This document shows positions 7,286 through 14,872 of a stretch of DNA of 64,000 bases, piece by piece. The notes beneath the pieces are model-generated. The model worked only from the letters and a program-made list of their open reading frames with translations, did not search any database and was not told the DNA's origin. A program made the position numbers and the translations under genes. How positions within the stretch are numbered: the stretch's first letter is position 1; every line of letters starts with the position of its first letter. This DNA comes from Myxococcales bacterium (GTDB lineage: Bacteria > Myxococcota_A > UBA9042): contig SHZF01000006.1 of NCBI GenBank assembly GCA_009692425.1, positions 5,704 through 69,703 on the forward strand, given 5' to 3'.

Positions 7286-9370
7286 ATGCCCCAGCACCAG
7301 GCCCCCGAGCGCTACCGAGGCACCTTCTTCGCCCTTGCCGGGGCGCTGACGCTGCTCGGCATCGCACCCATCTGGGTGACCGACATCCTGCCCGTCGTCG
7401 ATGTCGGCTCGCACCTGCACCTGATCAAGATCCTGCACGAGTACGGCTCCAGCGAACTGTTGCAGCGGCACTACGTCAAGGTCGACGCGATCGTGCCGTA
7501 CCTGACCTACTACAAGGCCGTAGATGTGCTCGCCTATTTCGCCCCCATCGAGGTGGCGAACCGCATCGTCCTGTCCGTGGTCGTCGCGGCAATTCCCTGG
7601 TCGGCCTACGCGCTGATTCGGCGAGCGGGGCATGACCGTTGGCTCTTGTTCGGTGTGCTTCCGTGGATGCTGAACCCAGACTTCTTCATGGGGTTCTTGA
7701 ACTTTCTGATGTCGATTCCGCTGTTCCTCTGGCTGCTGTGGGCGCACCTCGGTCTGCTGCGGCGGCCGACGTGGGGCCGCGCGGCGCTCGTCGCAGGCCT
7801 GCTCTGCCTGATGGCGACGACGCACTACCTGCTGTGGGCGGTGGCGCTCGTACTGTTGCCGCTGCTCGCGCTCGTGCACGGCGGCCGCAACGGCTGGCTC
7901 CGCGGGTTGGGCTGGCCGCTGCGCGAGGCGCTGCTCGGCCTGCCGTCAGTCGGCGTACTGATGCCGTGGTTCCTGACATATTTCGTGCTCGCAGACGGTG
8001 TCGCGACGTCGGATCAGGTCGCCAATGCCGCCCAAGGCAGTCTGTGGACACGGCTCGGCAGCGTGTACTCCGGCGAACACCTCGGCCCGGTAGAGAACCT
8101 GCGCCAGTTGTTCGATCAACTGTTCGACGCCATCGATGCGCCGGCGGCTCCGGCCAACCTCTTGCAGCGCAAAGGAGAGCTGATCAGCACGCTGTGGCTG
8201 GCGGGCCTGCTGCTGTGGTTCATCGGCGCCGCCCGGACGCCGGCCGAGTCGACAGACGCCGCGCAGCCGGACCCGACCGCCCCCCAGGGCCGGCGCGACA
8301 CTCCCGTTATTTCAGGCACATCCTACCTCGGCTGGGTGCTGTTGCTGTGCGCTGCGGCCTATTTCGTGCTGCCCAAGCACATGGTGCGACCGATCTGGTT
8401 GTGGGGCGTGAACTTTCGCCTGGCGGAAGTGCTCGCCATCCTCGCGGTCGTCGCCCTGCCCCTGCGACCGTTGGCCGCCGCTGTGGGCGTGCGGGGCCGC
8501 GTCTGGGTCGGGTCGTGTCTCCTGTTCGTGGCGGCCTGTTGGCTGCCCATCGCGACCATCGAGTCATTCCTGTTGGCTCGCACCGAATTCGGCGACATCC
8601 GCCGCGCGCTGGCCACCATTCCTCCGGGCCACAAGGTGCTCGTGCTGCGCCGCAAGCTGCTCAGCAGGCACATGAAGTACACAATATTCAACAATATCAC
8701 AGAGTACTATGCGGTCCTCGTCGGCGGCTACGTGCCGTATTCGTTTGCCGACACGTCGTCCAAGCCCTTCGTCGTCAACCGCAAGTACGCGGTGCCCGCG
8801 CCGCCGTGGGACACGCCGGACGCTTTCAGTTGGGAAGCGCACGGTCGCTACTACGACTACCTCGTCCTGTTCGGCGAATCGGGTGCGGCCCGCGAGCCCT
8901 ATGAAGACCAACTCCCGGCCACGCTGCACACCGTGTACCAGCGCGCCCAATGGCGGGTTCTGCGCAATCCTGTGCCGGCGCAGTGGCCCGAATGGACGCC
9001 GGCCCAATGGGCGGCGGACGCCGACACCCGCATTGCGCGCCGCGTCGAGCCCCTGTTGGCCTTGCGCGCTGCTGCCGACGCAGGTTTTCGCAACCACCTC
9101 GATGCAACCGACGCCGCCGTGGCGGCGGTGCTCGACGCGCTGCCGTGGCTGGAGAGGCGCTGGTCGATTGCCGCCCGTGTCGGCTGGCCGGTCTCGTCGG
9201 CGGCTCCAGTCCAGACAGACGGGGTGTCAGGTCACGGGCCGGGGGAGCAACCAGAAGCGCTCAAGGGGGCGGCGGAGCCTGCGCTGGAGCGACCCTACGT
9301 GCCTGCGGATCCGGGGCCGGACCCTGCCATGGTACCGCCGGAATTGGGGCGACCGTCGTCGACGCCATGA
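7286..9370 (+). CDS. Polytopic membrane protein (about 12 TM, ~450 aa) with a ~240-aa C-terminal soluble domain; putative GT-C-fold glycosyltransferase
   Basis: Hydrophobic helices through the N-terminal two-thirds (LLGIAPIWV, FLWLLWAHLGLL, LLPLLALVHG, etc.). It sits immediately upstream of a polyprenyl-phosphate-sugar-synthase-like GT2. Confidence 0.55.
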   Translation: MPQHQAPERYRGTFFALAGALTLLGIAPIWVTDILPVVDVGSHLHLIKILHEYGSSELLQRHYVKVDAIVPYLTYYKAVDVLAYFAPIEVANRIVLSVVVAAIPWSAYALIRRAGHDRWLLFGVLPWMLNPDFFMGFLNFLMSIPLFLWLLWAHLGLLRRPTWGRAALVAGLLCLMATTHYLLWAVALVLLPLLALVHGGRNGWLRGLGWPLREALLGLPSVGVLMPWFLTYFVLADGVATSDQVANAAQGSLWTRLGSVYSGEHLGPVENLRQLFDQLFDAIDAPAAPANLLQRKGELISTLWLAGLLLWFIGAARTPAESTDAAQPDPTAPQGRRDTPVISGTSYLGWVLLLCAAAYFVLPKHMVRPIWLWGVNFRLAEVLAILAVVALPLRPLAAAVGVRGRVWVGSCLLFVAACWLPIATIESFLLARTEFGDIRRALATIPPGHKVLVLRRKLLSRHMKYTIFNNITEYYAVLVGGYVPYSFADTSSKPFVVNRKYAVPAPPWDTPDAFSWEAHGRYYDYLVLFGESGAAREPYEDQLPATLHTVYQRAQWRVLRNPVPAQWPEWTPAQWAADADTRIARRVEPLLALRAAADAGFRNHLDATDAAVAAVLDALPWLERRWSIAARVGWPVSSAAPVQTDGVSGHGPGEQPEALKGAAEPALERPYVPADPGPDPAMVPPELGRPSSTP

Positions 9371-9457
9371 CGGGCCGGCGTGTGTGCGTCGGGTTGCGTT
9401 CACGTTGCTGCTGGGTCAGGCTCGCGCCGCCGGACCGCCAAGGACCGCTCGGACCCG

Positions 9458-10210
9458 ATGGTTGCTGCCCGACCGCTCCTGATCGTCGTGCCGTGCTACA
9501 ACGAAGCGGCGCGTCTGGCTCCGGATCAGTTCGTAGCGTTTGCGAACGCGGAGCCCGGCATCGGCTTTGTTTGCGTCGACGATGGCAGCACCGATTCGAC
9601 ACGGCGGGTGCTGCACGATCTCGCGACTGCAGCAGCAGGCGGCGTCCACGTGGTCGAACTCGACCGCAACGGCGGCAAGGCCGAGGCTGTGCGGCGCGGG
9701 TTGCAGCACGCGTGTTCGCTCAACGCAACCATGGTAGGGTACTGGGATGCGGACTTGGCAACGCCGCTGGACGCCATCGTCCGGTTTCGTGAAGCGCTGG
9801 CCGCCCGCCCCGGCCTCCACGTGGTCCTCGGTGCGCGGGTAAAACTGCTGGGCCGCGCCATCGACCGCACGCCGAGCCGCCACGTCGTCGGGCGCGTCTT
9901 TGCGACGCTGGCTTCGATGGCCATCGATCTGCCGGTGTACGACACGCAATGCGGTGCCAAGCTGCTGCGGAACAGCGAAGTCCTGCGCGACGCCCTGGCC
10001 ACGCCGTTCCGCTCCCGCTGGGCATTTGACGTCGAGTTGCTGCTGCGCCTGAAACGAGGCTTCGCGGCGCAGCAAACCGGGTTGGAGGCGGTTTGCTGCG
10101 AACTCCCGCTCGACAGTTGGCGCGACGTGCATGGCTCGAAACTGAAAGCAGCGGACTTGCCACGCTCGCTGGCCGAATTGGGCCGCATCTGGTGGGAGGG
10201 GCGGCGGTGA
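9458..10210 (+). CDS. Family-2 glycosyltransferase of the polyprenyl-phosphate sugar synthase type (DPM1/GtrB/CsbB-like)
   Basis: PLLIVVPCYNEAARL...VCVDDGSTDST...YWDADLATP (the DxD-type motif). Confidence 0.75.
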   Translation: MVAARPLLIVVPCYNEAARLAPDQFVAFANAEPGIGFVCVDDGSTDSTRRVLHDLATAAAGGVHVVELDRNGGKAEAVRRGLQHACSLNATMVGYWDADLATPLDAIVRFREALAARPGLHVVLGARVKLLGRAIDRTPSRHVVGRVFATLASMAIDLPVYDTQCGAKLLRNSEVLRDALATPFRSRWAFDVELLLRLKRGFAAQQTGLEAVCCELPLDSWRDVHGSKLKAADLPRSLAELGRIWWEGRR

Positions 10211-10233
10211 CGGGACGCGTCTTCGGGTTGCCC

Positions 10234-10650
10234 ATGCGGGCCAAGATGTGCGTCCAGGCGCTCAGCCTGTTGCTCCCTGCCCTTGCCGTGGCCGCCATCG
10301 TGCGCAAGGTCCTCGACGTGCCGCCGCCAACCCCTCTCGATGTGCACCTGCAACCGGACGGCCAGCGGCTCGGGCTGACCGAAGCCCGCCGCCGCGAGCT
10401 TTTTGCCCAGATCGCCGACCACGATGCCGAATGGTGGCAACGCACGGAGCGCTTTGCCGACGCCTGGTCGCGCCATGACGACTACCACGTGCACCTGGGT
10501 CGCTTTGTTACCGAACTGGCCGTCGAGCACGGACTCGATGAGACGACGCTGTTTCTCGTATACGACGAAGGCGTACACCGCCAGTGGCCGGGCACTGCAG
10601 GTCGCCCCCTGACGCCGACGTGGGTCGTGCTGAAGCCGCGCACGCAATGA
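10234..10650 (+). CDS. Small protein (138 aa) with an N-terminal signal peptide or membrane anchor, unknown function
   Basis: MRAKMCVQALSLLLPALAVAAIV... The start is 24 nt after the GT2 stop. Its TGA overlaps the next gene's ATG (ATGA at 10647-10650). Confidence 0.4.
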   Translation: MRAKMCVQALSLLLPALAVAAIVRKVLDVPPPTPLDVHLQPDGQRLGLTEARRRELFAQIADHDAEWWQRTERFADAWSRHDDYHVHLGRFVTELAVEHGLDETTLFLVYDEGVHRQWPGTAGRPLTPTWVVLKPRTQ

Positions 10651-12476
10651 CGACGACCAGACCGCCCGGGGTGACCGCCGCAGCGCCCGCGTCGGAGGCA
10701 TGGTTTGCCATCGTCGGGTTGCGCCTGCTCCTCTGGCTGGGCGTCGCCGCATGGTGGCTGTGGCCCTGGCTGAGCGACCCCTGGAAGGTCGGCGTGTCGC
10801 AGGACGCCGCGTATTTCTTGCACCACGCGGAAGCCGCCTGGCGCACGTGGGTCCAGTACCGTGAGCTGCCGGTGTGGGAGCCTTGGTTCTGCGGCGGCAT
10901 TCCCGGGCTGGGCAACATCCAGAACAACGCCATCTCCCCGACGTTTGCGCTCACGTTCAGCTTCGGGTTGATGCCAGGCATCCGTCTCGGCTGGCTGCTC
11001 TACGTCGTCGCCGGCATGGAGGGCTCGTATCAGTATGCGCGACACTTCGGTGTCCGCGGCGCCGGCGCCGCGCTGGCTGGCGTGGTCTTCGCACTGTCGG
11101 GGCGGTTCGCGCAGTCTTTCTACGACGGCCAGCCGGTATTTCTCGGTTTCGAGCTTGCGCCGTGGGTCTTGCTGGGCCAGGTCGCCGGGCTGCATTCGTG
11201 GCGGGCGGCGGCCGGTGGCGCGGTGGCGATGGCGATCGTGTTCCTGGAAGGTGGTGCCGTTGCCACGCCGCTCCTCGGGCTCGCGCTCGCCGTCGGCATG
11301 ATCGGGCACACGGTCGATGCACTCGTGCGCCGCAACGTCGCGTGGTGGCGGCCGCTGGGCGTGCTCGTCTTCATGGCCCTCGTCACCGCCGGGTTGAGTG
11401 CGCTGCGCCTGCTGCCCGTCGCGGAGACGGTGCTGACCCGTCCGCGCCTCTGGGAGGGGCGCGAGTCGTATGACATTGCCCACTTGTGGGCGATGCTTTT
11501 CGAACCCTCGACCTTGGGTGGCTACGAGGGGCCCGGCACGTCGTACATTGGCGTGCTCACTGCGGTCGCGTGCCTGACCGCGCTGGTCCGTGCCGATGGG
11601 CCAGCGTGGCGGCTTGCGGCGTGGGCAGGTGCGCTGGGTTGGCTGGCGATGGGTTCGCAAAAGTTCGGCGCGTGGGATGCGCTGCAGTACCTGCCGGTGC
11701 TCAAGAACCTGCGCTGTCCCTTCCGGCTGACGTTCCTGCTGGGCCTCTTCACCGCCATCGGTGCCGGGCGGGCGCTGTGGTTGTGTGAGCGCGACTTGCG
11801 GGACCGGCTGCAGGCTCCGCTGAGCCTGCGAGCGTGGCGCCGGTTGCGGGTGCCATCGCAGGGGGCGCGGGCCATCGCGGCAGGCGCAGCGGCAACCGTT
11901 GCCGTGGGCCTCGGCTTCGTCGTCGCCCGCCAGTCTGCGCAGTTCAATGCGGCGCGGGTCGCAGCCGTGCCGACAAAGGCGACGTCGCGCTGGGCCGACC
12001 AGCCCTTCCGCCAGTCGCTGGGCAATCGCTGGCACGCCCACGTGTGGCCCGCCGTCCACCTGGGCAGCCTAGGCTGCTTCGAAGAGCAGCCGTTCCCGAC
12101 CAGCCCGGCACTGCGCGCCGACCTCGCCGCCGAGGAGTACCTCGCCGATGCCGACGCCGGCCACGTCGAGCGCCGCTCCTGGAGCCCGCACCGCATCGAG
12201 CTCGCGGTCGACCTGAAGCGTCCCGCGACCTTGATCGTCAACCAGAACGACCACCGCGGGTGGGGTTCCGATGTTGGCGCGAAGGTGAAGCATCAGGGCC
12301 TGCTTGCCGTGCAATTGCCCGCCGGCCGCCGCATCGTGACCCTGCGCCACCGCGACCCGCTCGTGTTCGCCGGACTCGGGATCACGGCCCTGACGACACT
12401 GGGCCTGCTGGCGTGGCCGCTGCGGGGACGCCGCCGCCGCGACCCGGTCCCAGCCGCGGTGCCCGGCGACGCCTGA
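10647..12476 (+). CDS. YfhO-like GT-C-fold membrane glycosyltransferase (610 aa)
   Basis: N-terminal multi-TM region. The C-terminus DHRGWGSDVGAKVKHQGLLAVQLPAGRRIVTLRHRDP matches the characteristic YfhO-family end motif (...GW.A.VDGK.V.....AV.VPAGKH.V.F.YRP). It is translationally coupled (ATGA) to the upstream small ORF. Confidence 0.6.
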   Translation: MTTTRPPGVTAAAPASEAWFAIVGLRLLLWLGVAAWWLWPWLSDPWKVGVSQDAAYFLHHAEAAWRTWVQYRELPVWEPWFCGGIPGLGNIQNNAISPTFALTFSFGLMPGIRLGWLLYVVAGMEGSYQYARHFGVRGAGAALAGVVFALSGRFAQSFYDGQPVFLGFELAPWVLLGQVAGLHSWRAAAGGAVAMAIVFLEGGAVATPLLGLALAVGMIGHTVDALVRRNVAWWRPLGVLVFMALVTAGLSALRLLPVAETVLTRPRLWEGRESYDIAHLWAMLFEPSTLGGYEGPGTSYIGVLTAVACLTALVRADGPAWRLAAWAGALGWLAMGSQKFGAWDALQYLPVLKNLRCPFRLTFLLGLFTAIGAGRALWLCERDLRDRLQAPLSLRAWRRLRVPSQGARAIAAGAAATVAVGLGFVVARQSAQFNAARVAAVPTKATSRWADQPFRQSLGNRWHAHVWPAVHLGSLGCFEEQPFPTSPALRADLAAEEYLADADAGHVERRSWSPHRIELAVDLKRPATLIVNQNDHRGWGSDVGAKVKHQGLLAVQLPAGRRIVTLRHRDPLVFAGLGITALTTLGLLAWPLRGRRRRDPVPAAVPGDA

Positions 12477-12503
12477 CCCTGGCCACGCGCAAGGCGACGA
12501 ACG

Positions 12504-14693
12504 CTACAGCAAGCCCGTGTCGAATCCGGCCGCGCGGTAGACCTTGCCCGCGTTCTTGCACTCCTGGCGCGCCGCGAACTCAAAGTGGCGAAAGTGGACC
12601 ATCGTGCCTTCTGCCGCGGCCTGGTACGCGCCGCGCAGTACCGCGTTCTTGATGTGGCCGCCGGACAGTTCGAAGCGCCGGCCGAGTTCGTCCCAGTCCA
12701 TGGCCGCATCGACCGGACAGGTCCGGGGCACCAGCGTCTTCCAGATGCGCCCGCGCAGATCCGCTTCGGGGAACGGGAAGTGCACCTTGAAGTTGATGCG
12801 CCGCTGGAACGCTTTGTCGATGTTCTTCTCCAGGTTCGTCGTCAGGATCACGATGCCTTCGAAGTTCTCGATCTCCTGCAACAGCATGTTCGTCGCCATG
12901 TTGCTGTAGCGGTCCACGCTCGAATCGACCTTCGTGCGGCTTGCGAACAGCGAATCGGCCTCATCGAACAGTAGGATGCCGTGGCTGGCGCGCGCGGTCT
13001 GGAAGATTTTCTCGATGTTCTTCTCGGTCTCGCCGATCCACTTCGACACGACGCGCGGGATCGCGATCTGGAAAAGCTGCTGGTCCATCTCGTTGGCCAG
13101 GATCGTCGCACACAGCGTCTTGCCGGTGCCAGGGTCGCCCGAAAACAGCGCGACGAGGCCCTTGCCGGTCGTCAGTTTGGCGCCGAAGCCCCAGTTGTGG
13201 ATCACGTGGAGCCGCTGCTTGGCCGCCGTGAACATCTCGCCGATGTCCTCGACCGTCTCCTTGGGCACGATCAGGTCGGCCAGCTTGAGTCCCGCGCGGC
13301 GCCGCACCGCATACTCGTCGAGGCTGGCCCGAATCTGTTCGTGGCACGCGGTGCGCAACATCTCGTGCGAGATCACCGGCGCTTCGGGGTTGGCGGCGAA
13401 GGCACGGTTGACCGCCACCTGCATCGCATTGCGCAGCAGCGCGCCGGGGAACTGGTACTGGCCCGCGGTCGACGCCACGTCGCAGTCCGGCGCAAACGCC
13501 ACCCCTTCGGGCTTGTGCAGTTCGAGGATGCGGCGGCGCTCGTCGGCCCCCGGCGTCTCGAGCACGAGTCGCTGCAGCACGAAGCGGTCGAGGTTGCTGT
13601 CCAGCGCGGAACTGTCGAGCGACGTGAGCACCGTGATGCCCGGGTGGCGCTGCAGCATCTCCTGCACGTCGCCGACGCGCGCCGAGCCCTTGCCGAGCAC
13701 GCCATCGACGCCATCGAGCACGGTCACGGCGTCCAGCAGCCGCGCCTGGTCGAGCGAACTGAGCAGCGTGCGCCGAAAGTCGGGCTCGGGCATTTCCGTC
13801 AGCTTCGTCGCGTCGAGTTCCAGCAGCGGCTTGCCGAGGAACTTGCAGATGCCGTGCACGACCATCGTCTTGCCGGTGCCGGGCGGCCCCGACACTTCGA
13901 CGACGATGCCGAGCGGCAACGCGAACGGCGACGATTCGAGCCGAAACGCCTGGCGGCGCGCCTGGATGTCGAGCAGCGTGACCAGCGGCGCCAGCGTGCC
14001 CTCCGGCAGCACGACGTCTTCGAGCCGTGTCGTAGGACGGTGGAACGTCGCAAAACTGCTCATGGTCGTATCGAGCAGGCCGACCTCGCCGAGCAGCAAC
14101 TGCAGCGTGCGCGGTGCCGGCAACACCTCGTAGCCCAGCAGGTTTTCGCCGCCCTGATCGCGCGGTCGCTCGATTTGCACCAGCCGGCTGCGGCGCAGAT
14201 CGGACTCCGGCAAGAAGCGCCCACGCAGCCCCAACCGCTCGACCGGGTCGTGGACCAGGAACTCCAGGCATAGCCGCACATCGACGTAGTTCGCCAGCAG
14301 GTTGTCGTTGAAGCGGGCGATGGCGTCGCGCACATCCACATCGACATGCGGTGCCACGCTGAGCAGCAGGATAAGACGGTCGATGTCGTCGAGTTCGGCC
14401 TGCTGCGCCAGTTGATCGATCGGCAGTTGGATGCCGCGCGTCGCCGCTGCCTCGGCAATCGCCTGCAACGCGTTCGCGTGGGATTGCACTTCCACCTGCG
14501 TCGGCTCGACGGAAAGCACGGCTTCGTCTTCGTTGAGCCCGGCCGCGCGCGCCTGGCGCACCTGGGTCGCCATCACGAGGCGGGCGCGCAGGTGTTGGCA
14601 AGCGGTTGCCAGCCATTGCCGACACAACCGCAGGCGCACGGCGGGGTCGACAGGGACCTCGGTCTTGGCGGGGACGAGCTTCAGGCGGGCCAT
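12504..14693 (-). CDS. Tandem AAA+ ATPase (729 aa): N-terminal ~270-aa domain, a degenerate first AAA module (GPPGTGKT, weak Walker B) and an intact second AAA module (GDPGTGKT / LLFDEADSL)
   Basis: Both P-loops are seen in translation. Sensor-like residues (TTN...) follow the second domain. The gene is monocistronic: divergent from ccmF and convergent with the glycosyltransferase operon. Confidence 0.8.
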   Translation of the reverse strand: MARLKLVPAKTEVPVDPAVRLRLCRQWLATACQHLRARLVMATQVRQARAAGLNEDEAVLSVEPTQVEVQSHANALQAIAEAAATRGIQLPIDQLAQQAELDDIDRLILLLSVAPHVDVDVRDAIARFNDNLLANYVDVRLCLEFLVHDPVERLGLRGRFLPESDLRRSRLVQIERPRDQGGENLLGYEVLPAPRTLQLLLGEVGLLDTTMSSFATFHRPTTRLEDVVLPEGTLAPLVTLLDIQARRQAFRLESSPFALPLGIVVEVSGPPGTGKTMVVHGICKFLGKPLLELDATKLTEMPEPDFRRTLLSSLDQARLLDAVTVLDGVDGVLGKGSARVGDVQEMLQRHPGITVLTSLDSSALDSNLDRFVLQRLVLETPGADERRRILELHKPEGVAFAPDCDVASTAGQYQFPGALLRNAMQVAVNRAFAANPEAPVISHEMLRTACHEQIRASLDEYAVRRRAGLKLADLIVPKETVEDIGEMFTAAKQRLHVIHNWGFGAKLTTGKGLVALFSGDPGTGKTLCATILANEMDQQLFQIAIPRVVSKWIGETEKNIEKIFQTARASHGILLFDEADSLFASRTKVDSSVDRYSNMATNMLLQEIENFEGIVILTTNLEKNIDKAFQRRINFKVHFPFPEADLRGRIWKTLVPRTCPVDAAMDWDELGRRFELSGGHIKNAVLRGAYQAAAEGTMVHFRHFEFAARQECKNAGKVYRAAGFDTGLL

Positions 14694-14872
14694 GGCGTGC
14701 TCCCTCGTAGGCGGCGAGTGTACACAGAATCGTCAGCGCGGCGGTACCGGCTGCGGTGGTCGCGGTGGTCGCAGTGGCCGTGGCCCGCCGTGGCCCGACA
14801 GGCTCGTAGGCGACCGCGAGCGGGTGCGCTACACTCCTGCCGCCCGGCCACTTGGCGGCGGGACGGCACTCC

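Noticed and set aside
4185-7349. 1054-aa plus-strand ORF
   Set aside because: Arg/Ala/Gly-rich junk translation lying antisense to two well-supported minus-strand genes (the radical SAM gene and the secreted protein). A typical GC-driven open frame.
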